A stretch of 64,000 nucleotides of DNA from a bacterium (GCA_037127815.1 JBAXXP010000001.1:232174-296173), one strand, 5' to 3'. Positions 53,054 through 64,000 are shown, counted from the first letter of the stretch. The notes: generated by a model from the letters alone, not told the origin. Translations and numbers: made by a program.

Positions 53054-55438
53054 ATGAATAAAACAAACAGTTCAATTTGCGAATTTTTGAAATACGCAAT
53101 AATCGGCCTAGTTTTTCTAGTGCCCTTCGCAGATTTAGTAATATCAGAGTCTCTATATTTCCCGTTTATAACAGGTAAGGGTTTTGTAGCCAGGGCAATA
53201 GTCCTAGTTATTGCTCTTCTTTATACATCTTTGGTTATCAGAGACAGAAGCTATTTACCTAAGAAAACGCCTGTTGTTTGGGCTGCAACAACTTTTATTT
53301 TGGTATTGCTAGCTTCAACAATAAACTCTATTGATCCATGGAAGAGTTTTTGGAGTAATCAAGAAAGAATGGAAGGTTTTGTCACACTAGCTGAAATGTT
53401 TGTTTTATTTATTGTATCAACTGGTGTTTTTTCAAATGTGTTTGCAAGAACCTCAAAAGAGAAAGGAATATCAACAGCTTCGCCTTCAGATTTTGGTGTT
53501 TGGAAATGGTTTTTAAATACAATGCTTGCACTCAGCGTTATTATGGGTATTTATGCATTCTCAAAAATGCAGAACGCTGATGATCGTATCTTTGGAACAT
53601 TGGGTAACTCTTCTTATTTGGGAGGTTACGCAATGGCGCATTTCTTCCTTGCAATGTATTTGGCGATAGACGTTATTAAAAGAATGTCATTATCTCTTAG
53701 AAAAATACCTGTTAAGGCTCGCGAGAATTTTATTTTCATTGATGTATTTCTTTCATTAATTTATGTTGCTGTAGGAATATTTAACCTTGCTGTGATGTAT
53801 CAAACAGGAACAAGAGGTTCTTTTGTTGGACTAGTAGCGGGGCTATTTATTACCGCCGTAATTTGGGCTATAGCTGAGAGAAAATTGCCAATATTTAGAT
53901 GGATTGGAATTGTGTCACTAGTTATAGTTGTGGCCATTGTTGCTTTCCTTGGAGTTAATAAAAATTCTAATTTTGTTAAAACTAACAATCAACTGAATAG
54001 ATTTGCTCAACTTATTACATGGGATGTAAGCAAGGTTCTGTCTGATCAAGGTCATTCAAGAACAATGCTTTGGAAAATGTCATACGAGGGTGTAAAAGAA
54101 AGACCGTTGTTAGGATGGGGACAAGATAATTTTCCTTATGTATTTGCAAAGTACTATGATCCAGCTATGTATGCACAAGAGTCATGGTTTGATAGAACTC
54201 ATGATGTATTCTTTGACTGGCTAATCGCAGCTGGATTTTTAGGCCTACTGTCATATTTGGCATTATTCTTGTCTGCGATATATACATTGTGGAAAAAAAT
54301 TAACGATGATTGGAGTGTGACAGAAAGGGCGGTGATTACCGGAATGCTTATTGCATACTTTGTTCACAATATATTTGTGTTCGACAACCTTGCAAGTTAC
54401 ATCTTCTTCTTCACAATTCTGGCGTTTATAAACACTCGTGGACAAGGGAATATTGAGTCAAAGAGTATTCCTTTGGTTAAAGGTAATTCTGTTTGGATTC
54501 TTGACGTTGTTGCTGTTATTTTAACTGGTTATGTAATATGGATTGCTGTTCTATCGCCATATAATTCAAGTGGACAGTTAATTCAATCTATGCAAGATAA
54601 GCAACAAACTCTTGTTGGTGGTAAGGCTCAGATAGTAGCAGCAGACCCTAAGGTTAGATTTGGACTAATTAAAGATGTTTTGAGTGCAAATAATCTAACT
54701 AGATCAGAAGCTCGCGAGAGATTGGTAGATATTTCTGTCGCAGCGATTACGCAGTCCGCAAAGACTGATCCAGCTTTTGCTAAAGAAGTTTATGATTATA
54801 CAGTGGATCAATACGGTAAAGAATTTGCTGCTTCAAAAATGGATCCAAGACCATACTTTTTCTATTCTATATTCCAACAAAAGCTTGGTATGAATGCAGG
54901 AGCGTTAGAGACAATTAAAAAAGCAGTGGATCTTTCTCCAACTAAGCAGTCATTCTTGTATACGGAAGGTCAATTGTTAATGACGTTAAACAGAAGAGAT
55001 GAAAGTACAGAAGTATTTAGAAAAGCTTACGAACTTGATAAAACAAACGTAGATGCTCTAAAGTATTATGCATATAGTCTAATAGAGAATAATAAAGCAG
55101 GGGACATAGATGCATTATTAAATGAACAAGTTAAGATTGACCCAACATTCAAAAATGATTCTGTTTGGGCTGATCCCATGGTCCTACAGGCGCTACTTGA
55201 TACAAAATCATTTGAAAAAGCAATTTCAATTGCAAAACAAAGAATCGTAAATAATCCGCAAGACATACAGGCTGTAATTTCACTATCTGCTATATATCTT
55301 AAGGCGGGTGATAGATATGCTTCTATAGAGGAACTAAAGAAAATAAAAGCACTTAAGCCTGAATATACAGCTGACGTTGATAAGTATATTAAGGATATAC
55401 AAGATGGAAAGGATCCTTCCTCACAACAGACTCAATAG
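53054..55438 (+). CDS. O-antigen ligase (Wzy_C)-like membrane protein with C-terminal TPRs
   Basis: GTLGNSSY, TGTRGS, RPLLGWGQDNF, FDRTHD; TPR helices. Confidence 0.85.
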   Translation: MNKTNSSICEFLKYAIIGLVFLVPFADLVISESLYFPFITGKGFVARAIVLVIALLYTSLVIRDRSYLPKKTPVVWAATTFILVLLASTINSIDPWKSFWSNQERMEGFVTLAEMFVLFIVSTGVFSNVFARTSKEKGISTASPSDFGVWKWFLNTMLALSVIMGIYAFSKMQNADDRIFGTLGNSSYLGGYAMAHFFLAMYLAIDVIKRMSLSLRKIPVKARENFIFIDVFLSLIYVAVGIFNLAVMYQTGTRGSFVGLVAGLFITAVIWAIAERKLPIFRWIGIVSLVIVVAIVAFLGVNKNSNFVKTNNQLNRFAQLITWDVSKVLSDQGHSRTMLWKMSYEGVKERPLLGWGQDNFPYVFAKYYDPAMYAQESWFDRTHDVFFDWLIAAGFLGLLSYLALFLSAIYTLWKKINDDWSVTERAVITGMLIAYFVHNIFVFDNLASYIFFFTILAFINTRGQGNIESKSIPLVKGNSVWILDVVAVILTGYVIWIAVLSPYNSSGQLIQSMQDKQQTLVGGKAQIVAADPKVRFGLIKDVLSANNLTRSEARERLVDISVAAITQSAKTDPAFAKEVYDYTVDQYGKEFAASKMDPRPYFFYSIFQQKLGMNAGALETIKKAVDLSPTKQSFLYTEGQLLMTLNRRDESTEVFRKAYELDKTNVDALKYYAYSLIENNKAGDIDALLNEQVKIDPTFKNDSVWADPMVLQALLDTKSFEKAISIAKQRIVNNPQDIQAVISLSAIYLKAGDRYASIEELKKIKALKPEYTADVDKYIKDIQDGKDPSSQQTQ

Positions 55439-55514
55439 TAGGATGGATCTAGGTGAGGTAAAGTGAGATTGTACCAGCACGTCATTTCTCAATCGCACAA
55501 ATACCTAAATAAAC

Positions 55515-56552
55515 ATGACAATATTTTTTGGTCCGCACAGCTTAAGAAACAAAATTCACACACTAATGTCCAAAACCTGGCTTGGTGTGGTTTTTGAATT
55601 TACAATAATTATTTTTGCAATTATCGGACTTCTTTTTGCATCTGTTTTTGTAGGTATGCGATTTGGACTATTAAATGTTAAAGGCACAATAGATGAAAGA
55701 AATAAGTTTTTCATAGGTTCAGATACAGGTTCTACATCTACGTCCACGTCAATAGATTCAAATGCTCAAACAGGAGATTCAAGAGGTCTTAGTCCCGTGA
55801 GTATAAGTGATGAAAATACAAGATTAAATCTAGCTATAATTGGAAAGATAGAATCAGAGTTTAGAAAAAATATGACTGAGGTTAGAAAATCTATTTTTCC
55901 GGATATAAGTTTTGCATGGATAAATACAAGTGAATGGCAAACATTAACAGCGGCTCTGACAAAAGATAAAGAGGTGATTAAAAAAGCGGCTAATGACGCA
56001 TCTATTAGTCCACGTCTTTTAGTTGCTGTTGTTATCGCAGAGCAAATAAGATTTTTTACTTCTGACAGAGAAACATTTAAGAAGTTTTTTGAGCCTTTGA
56101 AAATACTAGGAACATTATCTCAGTTTTCACTAGGAGTTAGTGGTGTTAAACCAGATACTGCAAAGGCAATAGAAGATAATTTAAAAAACCCAAATTCTGA
56201 ATTTTATATTTCTAAAGAATATGAAAATCTTTTGGATTATGAGACTGTTCAGAATGATGCAGATAGGTATGCGCGCCTAACAGACAGTCACAATCATTAT
56301 TATTCTTATTTATATACAGCTTTGTTTATAAAAGAGATTGAATCACAATGGTCCAGAGCAGGCTATGATATCTCTAATAGACCAGAAATCATTTCAACAA
56401 TTTTTAATTTAGGTTTTTCAAAATCTATTCCTAAAAATAATCCTGAAGTTGCTGGTTCTGTAATAAACATTGGAGGAGAAAAAATTTCTTTTGGTAGATT
56501 GTCTTACGAGTTTTACTATTCAGGAGAGTTACTAGATATTTTTGGATTCTAA
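55515..56552 (+). CDS. Membrane-anchored hypothetical protein, possible lysozyme-like fold
   Basis: TM; IKKAANDASISPRLLVAVVIAEQ and FNLG resemble transglycosylase motifs. Confidence 0.5.
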   Translation: MTIFFGPHSLRNKIHTLMSKTWLGVVFEFTIIIFAIIGLLFASVFVGMRFGLLNVKGTIDERNKFFIGSDTGSTSTSTSIDSNAQTGDSRGLSPVSISDENTRLNLAIIGKIESEFRKNMTEVRKSIFPDISFAWINTSEWQTLTAALTKDKEVIKKAANDASISPRLLVAVVIAEQIRFFTSDRETFKKFFEPLKILGTLSQFSLGVSGVKPDTAKAIEDNLKNPNSEFYISKEYENLLDYETVQNDADRYARLTDSHNHYYSYLYTALFIKEIESQWSRAGYDISNRPEIISTIFNLGFSKSIPKNNPEVAGSVINIGGEKISFGRLSYEFYYSGELLDIFGF

Positions 56553-56748
56553 TAATATTCTAACGCTTTGTAAATTAAAAAATAAATAAATAAAAAATAT
56601 TTTATAAAAATAAAAATAAAAATAAAAAAGTTATCCACAATTATTTTGTAAATAAAATTGTTATTAATTAAAAAATGTTAGATAATTAACTTAACTACAT
56701 GTGCATCGTCGGCGCGTGTAACATTAAAAAAATAATTTCAATAATAAT

Positions 56749-56892
56749 ATGGCAGCAAAAAAGAAAGTAGCAGCAAAGAAAGTAGTTAAGAAAGCTGTGA
56801 AGAAAGTAGTTAAGAAAGTTGCAAAGAAAGCTGTGAAGAAGGCAGTGAAGAAAGCAGCTCCAAAGAAGAAAGTTGCAGCAAAGAAGAAATAA
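56749..56892 (+). CDS. Histone H1-like Lys/Ala/Val-rich protein (47 aa), missed by the ORF track
   Basis: MAAKKKVAAKKVVKKAVKKVVKKVAKKAVKKAVKKAAPKKKVAAKKK; own terminator at ~56919-56945. Confidence 0.8.
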   Translation: MAAKKKVAAKKVVKKAVKKVVKKVAKKAVKKAVKKAAPKKKVAAKKK

Positions 56893-57050
56893 TCCAAAAG
56901 ATTTTTTCCACTTTAATAAGAACCTCGCTTAGGCGGGGTTTTTATTTTGTTTAAATATATTTATGTAAGAAGAAAGTAATTTACGCTCGGTATTCTCTTT
57001 CTTTTCTGTGGCCTTTATGAGGCGTCTATTTTGTGCTAAAATGGCCCTAT

Positions 57051-59633
57051 ATGAGTATTATATCTGATCTGTTTTCCATCTCTAAAAAGCAGGTGGCTAA
57101 GTATAGAAAAATCGTTGATATTATCAATGGATTTGAGCCTTCTATACAAGCCTTATCTGATGAGGAGTTAAAAGCAAAAACTGAGGAGTTTAGAAACCGT
57201 TTAAATGGCGGGGCTGTTTTGAATGACATTCTACCAGAGGCTTTTGCTGTTGTTAGAGAGGCTTCACACAGAACCCTTGGTCAACGCCATTATGATGTTC
57301 AGTTAATAGGAGGTCTAGTTCTTCACAATGGAAATATTGCAGAAATGAAAACTGGAGAAGGAAAGACTTTGATGGCAACACTAGCTGCGTACCTGAATGC
57401 AGTTTCAGGAAAAGGAGTTCATGTTGTAACTGTTAATGATTATCTTGCAAGAAGAGATGCTGCTTGGATGGGAGAAATTTATTATGCACTTGGATTATCT
57501 ACCGGTGTTGTTAATGAAGGGGAGTCTTACCTTTATGATCCAGCTGCTGTTGTAGAAAGATTAGGCGAAGAGGCAGAAGAAAAACTAGAGAAAAAAGAAG
57601 ATGAAGTCGGGGCATTTAAAATTGTCTATGAACTACTTAGACCAACAGACAAGAAGTCTGCGTACCTAGCTGATATAACTTATGGAACAAATAATCAATT
57701 TGGGTTTGACTATCTACGTGACAACCTAGAACAAAGACCAGATGATCTAAGACAAAGAGAATTTAATTATGCGATTGTTGACGAGGTTGACTCAATTTTG
57801 ATTGATGAATCAAGAACTCCCTTGATCATTGCATCTCCTTATGCTGATTCAGGAAACTTATATGTAACTTTTGCAGAACTATCAAAACATTTAGAAAAAG
57901 ATGTTCACTACGTTGTTGATGAAAAATTCAAAACAATATCTGTAACGGACGCTGGAATTGATGCTGCAGAGAAAAGCCTTGGAGTAACTAATATATATAG
58001 TGAGGGTGGTGTTAAGTATGTTCACCATATGGAAACCGCCATTAGAGCAAAGGCATTGTTCCATAGAGATGTTGATTACATAGTAAAGGATAATGAAGTT
58101 ATGATTGTTGATCCTTCAACAGGAAGACTTCAACCAGGTAGAAGATGGTCAGAGGGTTTACATCAAGCTATTGAAGCTAAGGAAGGAGTAGAAATTAAAA
58201 AAGAATCAAGAACTTATGCATCTATCACATTCCAAAACTATTTTAGAATGTATCCAAAGCTAGCTGGAATGACAGGAACTGGTCTTACAAGTCAGGAAGA
58301 GTTTTTGAAAGTCTATGGACTTGATGTTATTGAGGTTCCAACACATCGCGCAATTTCTCGTGTAGACAAAACCGATCTTATTTTTAGAACAGAAGCTGCA
58401 AAGTTTAGAGCTATTGCAAAAAAGATTAAAGAATTGAATCAAGTAGGACAGCCTGTTTTGGTTGGTACTGTTTCAATTGAAAAAAACCAATTGCTATCAG
58501 AGTTTCTAAAGAAAGAGGGAGTTCCTCATACATTACTAAATGCAAAACCAGAATTTGCAGAGAAAGAAGGAGAAACAGTGGCTCAGGCCGGAAAGAAGGG
58601 TGCTGTTACTATTGCAACAAACATGGCTGGACGTGGGGTTGATATTAAACTAGGAGGAGCACCGGGATCAAAGGATTTATATGAAGAAATAAAATCAGTT
58701 GGGGGGTTGTATATAATCGGAACAGAAAGACATGAAGCCAGAAGAATTGATAATCAATTAAGAGGAAGAGCTGGAAGACAAGGGGATCCAGGCGAAACTC
58801 AATTCTACGTTTCTTTTGAAGATGACTTGATGAGAATTTTTGCAAACGATTTTCTTAACAGTGCATTGGATAAATTGGGAATAGAAGAAGACCAACCGAT
58901 TGAAACAAGAATTGTGTCAAAACAACTTGAAAGTGCTCAAAGAAAGATTGAGGGTATTCACTTTGATTCCAGAAAACATACTCTTCAATATGACGATGTT
59001 TTAAATCAACAAAGAAGTAAGGTATATTCAAGAAGAAAGAGAATTGTTCTATCAACTCCCGAGGAAGTAGAAACAGAGCTTGCAATTTTCTTGACAACAT
59101 CAACAGACGAGGAAAAAATGGCAATAGAAAATAGACGTGCTCAATTTAAAGGACAAGCTATTGCAAATGGGTTTGCAGAAGCAGATGCTGAGAAACCTTT
59201 CTTGTATACTGCTAGAAATATAATTCTACAAACAATAGACCTGTTCTGGGTAGATCACCTAGAGATGATGGAGTACTTGCGTTCAAGTGTGTCGCTTAGA
59301 GCGTATGGACAAAGAGATCCTCTTGTTGAGTACAAAACTGAGGGACTAAGAATGTATAAGGATATGGAGCTTGGTGTTTCTGGAGAGATCACGAGACTGC
59401 TTCAATTGGTGAGTGGAGAAATAACAGTAAATAATACACCTGTAAAGACTGTTGGATTAAGAGCTGATAATACATTAGAGGATCAATCTCAATCTCAAGG
59501 AGTTTACTCTGGTGATGTATCAAATGCCGCAAACTTTGTTGCGTCTTCTGCTCATGGAGCTGATAAGGTTGGAAGAAATGATCCATGTCCATGCGGCTCT
59601 GGAAAGAAATACAAAAAATGTCACGGTCAATAG
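57051..59633 (+). CDS. secA: Protein translocase ATPase SecA
   Basis: MKTGEGKT, DEVDSILIDE, ATNMAGRG, C-terminal SEC-C motif CPCGSGKKYKKCHG. Confidence 0.98.
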   Translation: MSIISDLFSISKKQVAKYRKIVDIINGFEPSIQALSDEELKAKTEEFRNRLNGGAVLNDILPEAFAVVREASHRTLGQRHYDVQLIGGLVLHNGNIAEMKTGEGKTLMATLAAYLNAVSGKGVHVVTVNDYLARRDAAWMGEIYYALGLSTGVVNEGESYLYDPAAVVERLGEEAEEKLEKKEDEVGAFKIVYELLRPTDKKSAYLADITYGTNNQFGFDYLRDNLEQRPDDLRQREFNYAIVDEVDSILIDESRTPLIIASPYADSGNLYVTFAELSKHLEKDVHYVVDEKFKTISVTDAGIDAAEKSLGVTNIYSEGGVKYVHHMETAIRAKALFHRDVDYIVKDNEVMIVDPSTGRLQPGRRWSEGLHQAIEAKEGVEIKKESRTYASITFQNYFRMYPKLAGMTGTGLTSQEEFLKVYGLDVIEVPTHRAISRVDKTDLIFRTEAAKFRAIAKKIKELNQVGQPVLVGTVSIEKNQLLSEFLKKEGVPHTLLNAKPEFAEKEGETVAQAGKKGAVTIATNMAGRGVDIKLGGAPGSKDLYEEIKSVGGLYIIGTERHEARRIDNQLRGRAGRQGDPGETQFYVSFEDDLMRIFANDFLNSALDKLGIEEDQPIETRIVSKQLESAQRKIEGIHFDSRKHTLQYDDVLNQQRSKVYSRRKRIVLSTPEEVETELAIFLTTSTDEEKMAIENRRAQFKGQAIANGFAEADAEKPFLYTARNIILQTIDLFWVDHLEMMEYLRSSVSLRAYGQRDPLVEYKTEGLRMYKDMELGVSGEITRLLQLVSGEITVNNTPVKTVGLRADNTLEDQSQSQGVYSGDVSNAANFVASSAHGADKVGRNDPCPCGSGKKYKKCHGQ

Positions 59634-59643
59634 AGTTTCAAAC

Positions 59644-60594
59644 ATGTCTAAACGAGTAATAATTACAGGTGGTGCAGGCTTCATAGGTTCACATACTGTA
59701 GAAGAGTTTCTTTTACATGACTATGAGGTTGTTGTAATAGATAATTTGAGCTCAGGACTGAAAAAAAACCTAGAAAATGTTTCCGAAAAAATTAAATTTG
59801 TCGAAGGGGATATTCGCGACAAATCGTTGTTAACTGAAAATATAAGAAAAGGGGATATTGTGGTACATTTGGCTGGTTTTATATCTGTACCAGATAGCAT
59901 TCTAAGACCAGAGGAGTCACATGATATAAATGTAAATGGTACAAATACATTGTATGTTGTAGCAAAAGATATGGGTGCAAAGAGAGTTGTTACAGCTTCA
60001 TCTGCAGCAATATATGGCGAGCCGGAAATGATACCTCAAAATGAAAATAATAGTTTGAAATCTTTCTCTCCGTATGCGTTACATAAAACTATTATAGAAA
60101 AATATGCGGAATTATACTCTAGAATTTTTTGCGTAGAGCACGTAGCAATGAGATTTTTTAATGTATATGGTCCAAGGCAGGCATCATCAGGCGGTTACGC
60201 TGCTGTAATTCCAATATTCATGGAAAAAATTAAAAATGACATACCTGCTGAAATAAATGGCGATGGAAGTGCTGTGCGTGATTTTATATATGTTAAGGAT
60301 GTAGCGAGGGTTTTACGTCTTGCTGCTGAATTTGAAATGACTAAGGATGTTAGTAATTCTGCTGTTCCAGCTGTGCTTTTTAATTATTTCAATATAGCAA
60401 CAGGTAAACCATCAACTATAAATGAGCTTTGGTCTAATCTTTGTAAGATTATGGACAAGGATATACAGCCAATTTATAAACCATTTAGGATAGGGGATGT
60501 ACATACTAGTTTAGCGGATGTTTCAAAAGCAAAAGAGATGCTTAAGTTTGAGGCAGAGACATCTTTTTTTGATGGTTTGAAAAGTATGTTATAG
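59644..60594 (+). CDS. NAD-dependent epimerase/dehydratase (extended SDR)
   Basis: TGGAGFIGS, YALHK, RFFNVYGP, RDFIYV. Confidence 0.92.
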   Translation: MSKRVIITGGAGFIGSHTVEEFLLHDYEVVVIDNLSSGLKKNLENVSEKIKFVEGDIRDKSLLTENIRKGDIVVHLAGFISVPDSILRPEESHDINVNGTNTLYVVAKDMGAKRVVTASSAAIYGEPEMIPQNENNSLKSFSPYALHKTIIEKYAELYSRIFCVEHVAMRFFNVYGPRQASSGGYAAVIPIFMEKIKNDIPAEINGDGSAVRDFIYVKDVARVLRLAAEFEMTKDVSNSAVPAVLFNYFNIATGKPSTINELWSNLCKIMDKDIQPIYKPFRIGDVHTSLADVSKAKEMLKFEAETSFFDGLKSML

Positions 60595-60681
60595 AAACCC
60601 TTATTTAAATAACTCTAGGTTTGTTGGGTAGTTAATTGTGACGCAAGACCTAAAACTTTTTTTATTGTATAATATCAACAT

Positions 60682-61704
60682 ATGAACAATAAAAAACCAC
60701 AAATATTTTTTGGAGTAGCCTTAGCTATTGTCTTTGTGCTGTCAGCTTTGGTCCTCCTTCCTTTTTTAACAACATTGGTACTCGCTGTTATCTTATCAGT
60801 ACTGCTTAATCCTATATTTAAAAGAGTTACAAAACTATTTTTCAAGAATAAAACTATAGGAGCGTTAATGACTATTATTTTGTCATGTATTTTAATCTTC
60901 ATACCAATCGGCCTACTTTCATATCAGCTGTTTCTAGAGGCTCAAAGTGCATATAGTTCATTTGGAGCATCGGGGGCGTCAAATATCGTGACTCTGAATC
61001 AATCAATTAATGAGAACCTCAGATCAATGATACCAAGTATTGATGTTCATTTAGAAAAATATATTGGAGATTTGTATACATGGTTAATATCTAATCTAGG
61101 AAACCTGTTCTCTGGTACATTTGATATTTTCCTAAAGACTTTGATTATATTAGTATCAATGTTCTTCCTGTTGAAGGACGGGGAGTTTATTCAAAAGAAT
61201 ATAAAGGACATGATTCCAATTTCATCCGATGTTTATGATTACCTGGTCAAAAGCATGAAGGTAACAATAAATTCCGTGGTGTTTGGCTCTATTGCAATTG
61301 CCATTATTCAAGGAGTTTCATCGGGAATTGGATTCGCAATTTTTGGTATTCCTAATTCAACAATGTGGGGAACAGTAGCAGCAGCTGCTTCATTCATACC
61401 AGGCTTTGGTACTGGTATTCTCTTTGTGCCAATGATGTTGTATGCCTTTTTGTATGGTTCTCTTTTTCAAGTTTTCGGGTTATTATTATGGGCCATGATT
61501 TTTGTTAATGCTATTGAAACATTTTTGAGACCTATGATTATTCATAAGTCAGTCAATATTCATCCTCTGTTCATTATATTTTCAATACTTGGAGGAATTA
61601 GTTTCTTTGGACCAGTTGGTTCAATACTTGGTCCGCTAATTCTAGGTCTACTGTTTGCTATGATAAGGGTTTATAAAATGAAGGATATCTCAATCGCTAA
61701 ATAA
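60682..61704 (+). CDS. AI-2E family transporter
   Basis: FFLLKDG, FLRP, HPLFIIFSILGG, GPLI. Confidence 0.88.
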   Translation: MNNKKPQIFFGVALAIVFVLSALVLLPFLTTLVLAVILSVLLNPIFKRVTKLFFKNKTIGALMTIILSCILIFIPIGLLSYQLFLEAQSAYSSFGASGASNIVTLNQSINENLRSMIPSIDVHLEKYIGDLYTWLISNLGNLFSGTFDIFLKTLIILVSMFFLLKDGEFIQKNIKDMIPISSDVYDYLVKSMKVTINSVVFGSIAIAIIQGVSSGIGFAIFGIPNSTMWGTVAAAASFIPGFGTGILFVPMMLYAFLYGSLFQVFGLLLWAMIFVNAIETFLRPMIIHKSVNIHPLFIIFSILGGISFFGPVGSILGPLILGLLFAMIRVYKMKDISIAK

Positions 61705-61706
61705 AA

Positions 61707-62813
61707 ATGATAAAAATACTAAAAAAAATAAAAAAAACATTAATACATAAAACAAAAAATATAGTTAATCTGGAAACAGGTAAGGCTGGAGGTCGCGATG
61801 CTAATCATATTTTAATTGCCACACACGGCTCTAATTTTCATCCAGATGATGTTTGTGCAACAGCGGCCGCGTTGCTATATTACGGAGTAGACAAGACAGG
61901 GTTGGGGAAATTTTTGCATGGCTTTAATGAGCTACAAGAAAAGCATAATGGAGAGTTTGTTAGGGTTGTTAGAACATTAGATAAAAAAGTAATGGACAAG
62001 GCTACTGTCCTAATGGATATAGGACGCGAGTATGATGAAAAAAGAAAGAGATTTGACCATCATCAAGAGGGTGGAGCAGGAAAGAGAGAAGACGGAACAC
62101 CCTACGCTTCATTTGGGCTGGTTTGGAAGAAGTTTGGTAAAAAAATAGTAGGTAATGCTGATGTTGCTGAATATGTAGACAAAATGTTCGTTAAACAAAT
62201 CGATGCAATGGATAATGGAATAAGTATTGCAAAAAGCATGTTCGCAGACGGTACCTCACCACTTCTTTTTGAGGACATAATTAGACTAGATTGTGACCTT
62301 GTCTTTGGATTAAACCTAGAACCTCAGGAGATGAATAAGGTTTTTGACAAGACTTTCTTTAAATTAGTACCTTTGGCCCAAAAGATGATTATAATGACAG
62401 CTCTCAAGGGTTATGCTATTGTGGAGGCTGACAAAAAGCTGGAGCAATTATACAATAAAGCCGTAGATAAAAGGGTGATAATTATGGACAAAAAGACACC
62501 TGTCAAGTTATCAAACTTCAAAGAGCCTTTGTTTATGGTATATCCTTCACTTAGGGGTGGTTGGAATGCCCAAGCTGTCAGAATAGGATCTGGGTCATAT
62601 GAGTCTAGAACTCACTTCCCAAAGAGCTGGGAAGCAAAGGATCCAGCTGATTTGCAAAAGATAACAGGCGTTCCGGATGCTACATTTTGTGCCTCAGGTA
62701 GATGGTTAGTTGCTGCTGGAAGCAAGGCTGGAGTCTTAAAACTCGTAGATCTAGCATTGAAAGAGATTGAGGCTGGTAGAGAAAAGGTTAAGATTGAGTT
62801 TGATCAAGAGTAG
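61707..62813 (+). CDS. MYG1 family exonuclease
   Basis: THGSNFHPDD, FDHHQ, ASFGLVWKKFG, IDAMDNG. Confidence 0.88.
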   Translation: MIKILKKIKKTLIHKTKNIVNLETGKAGGRDANHILIATHGSNFHPDDVCATAAALLYYGVDKTGLGKFLHGFNELQEKHNGEFVRVVRTLDKKVMDKATVLMDIGREYDEKRKRFDHHQEGGAGKREDGTPYASFGLVWKKFGKKIVGNADVAEYVDKMFVKQIDAMDNGISIAKSMFADGTSPLLFEDIIRLDCDLVFGLNLEPQEMNKVFDKTFFKLVPLAQKMIIMTALKGYAIVEADKKLEQLYNKAVDKRVIIMDKKTPVKLSNFKEPLFMVYPSLRGGWNAQAVRIGSGSYESRTHFPKSWEAKDPADLQKITGVPDATFCASGRWLVAAGSKAGVLKLVDLALKEIEAGREKVKIEFDQE

Positions 62814-62875
62814 GTATATAGGGCTAGGTGCTATAGTAGGCCATCCCACTAAATTTAAATAATAACAAAAAATAT

Positions 62876-63901
62876 ATGGCGTTTATAGACGAAATGACAA
62901 TTAGGATGAAGGCTGGAAATGGAGGAGATGGAGTGGTTAGATGGTTGCATGAAAAGTTTAAGGAGTTTGGTGGTCCTTCTGGTGGAAACGGAGGAACTGG
63001 AGGTCATATATATGCAAAGGCTGTGAGAGATTCATGGCTGCTGTCTAGATATCGTCACACAAAAGAATTCGTTGCACAAAATGGTCAAGCTGGAGGAAAC
63101 AAAAGTATGCACGGATCAAATGGTGAGAACCTATATGTAGAAGTTCCTGTTGGAACAATTTTGAAGAACCTTACAACTGGGGAGGTTTTTAGACTTGATA
63201 AGGAAGGTCAAGAAACTATGATTTTAAAGGGAGGAAATGGAGGTCTTGGAAATGAAAACTTTAAATCATCAACAAACCAAACTCCAGAAGAACATACTCC
63301 TGGAAAGATTGGAGAAGAAGCAGATTTTCACATTGAAGTTGAAATTATTGCTAGTGCTGGACTAATTGGTTTACCAAACGCAGGTAAGTCATCACTTTTA
63401 AATTCACTAACACGCGCTGAAGCAAAGGTTGGTGCATATCAGTTTACAACACTAGAGCCAAACTTAGGTGATTTGTATGGTCACATTCTTGCTGATATCC
63501 CAGGTATTATTGAAGGAGCAGGGGAAGGAAAGGGTCTTGGTCATAAATTCCTAAAACACGTAAGAAGAACAAAAATGCTTCTGCACTGTATTTCTATTGA
63601 AAATGAAATAGAAAATCTGGGTGGACACATTGGAGGGATGGAAGAAATTTACGATGTTATAAGAGAAGAACTTGCTTCATTTGACGAGGAATTAGTTAAG
63701 AAGGAAGAAATAATTATCTTCACAAAATCAGACTTGCTACCACCTGGGGACGCACAAGAAATTGCAGAAAAATTTATGAAGAAAAAGTTTGCTGGAGAAC
63801 TAGCGGAGGGAAAGAAGTACTTTGTTATTTCTGTTTACGATGTGGACGCTATCAAGCATTTTTCTGATGAATTGATGAAGATTTTGGAGGTGTTGGACTA
63901 G
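62876..63901 (+). CDS. obgE: GTPase ObgE
   Basis: Gly-rich Obg domain, GLPNAGKSS, FTTLEP, DIPG, TKSD. Confidence 0.96.
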   Translation: MAFIDEMTIRMKAGNGGDGVVRWLHEKFKEFGGPSGGNGGTGGHIYAKAVRDSWLLSRYRHTKEFVAQNGQAGGNKSMHGSNGENLYVEVPVGTILKNLTTGEVFRLDKEGQETMILKGGNGGLGNENFKSSTNQTPEEHTPGKIGEEADFHIEVEIIASAGLIGLPNAGKSSLLNSLTRAEAKVGAYQFTTLEPNLGDLYGHILADIPGIIEGAGEGKGLGHKFLKHVRRTKMLLHCISIENEIENLGGHIGGMEEIYDVIREELASFDEELVKKEEIIIFTKSDLLPPGDAQEIAEKFMKKKFAGELAEGKKYFVISVYDVDAIKHFSDELMKILEVLD

Positions 63902-64000
63902 GGGATGTTATAAAAGAGATAATAAAATAGTGGGTGCGGAGTATGGTGCTTAGCCCCCTTTATTTTTGCAGTGAAAATCTTTTGCTTTTCTTTATCAAAA

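Noticed and set aside
56570-56700. Replication origin
   Set aside because: Only one perfect DnaA box was seen, and dnaA/dnaN are not adjacent.

Overview
This window is from an AT-rich bacterial chromosome, most likely Patescibacteria/CPR (Parcubacteria-like), judged from 16S primer-site variants, unlinked rRNA genes, 23S introns and typical CPR hypothetical proteins; it uses genetic code 11. Most of it is housekeeping: ileS (5'-truncated, with a histidine-phosphatase insert), recO, glyQS, metG, tatD, rpsF-ssb-rpsR, efp, recA, ftsK, rplJL, rodA, secDF, HTH-murA, pyk, radC, rsmI, secA and obgE. It also holds a 23S-5S unit, a separate 16S unit, tRNA-Ile, surface/glycosylation genes and a RelBE-type TA pair. 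Four observations stand out. (1) Three orphan ribonuclease genes (two PemK/MazF, one NYN) are each followed by a convergent sigma70 promoter and a ~40-50 nt hairpin RNA on the opposite strand, with a compensatory base change and strand-specific G-U pairs; this is a candidate RNA-antitoxin system. (2) One 23S group I intron (L1931) has its G-binding pair changed from G-C to A-U and ends in U instead of omega-G, while the related intron nearby is canonical. (3) The 16S gene lacks an in-place anti-SD; a CCUCCU lies 128 nt further on, and many genes look leaderless. (4) An AA(G/A)GACA motif clusters over a four-helix-bundle/wHTH gene. All calls were made by eye, without database searches.
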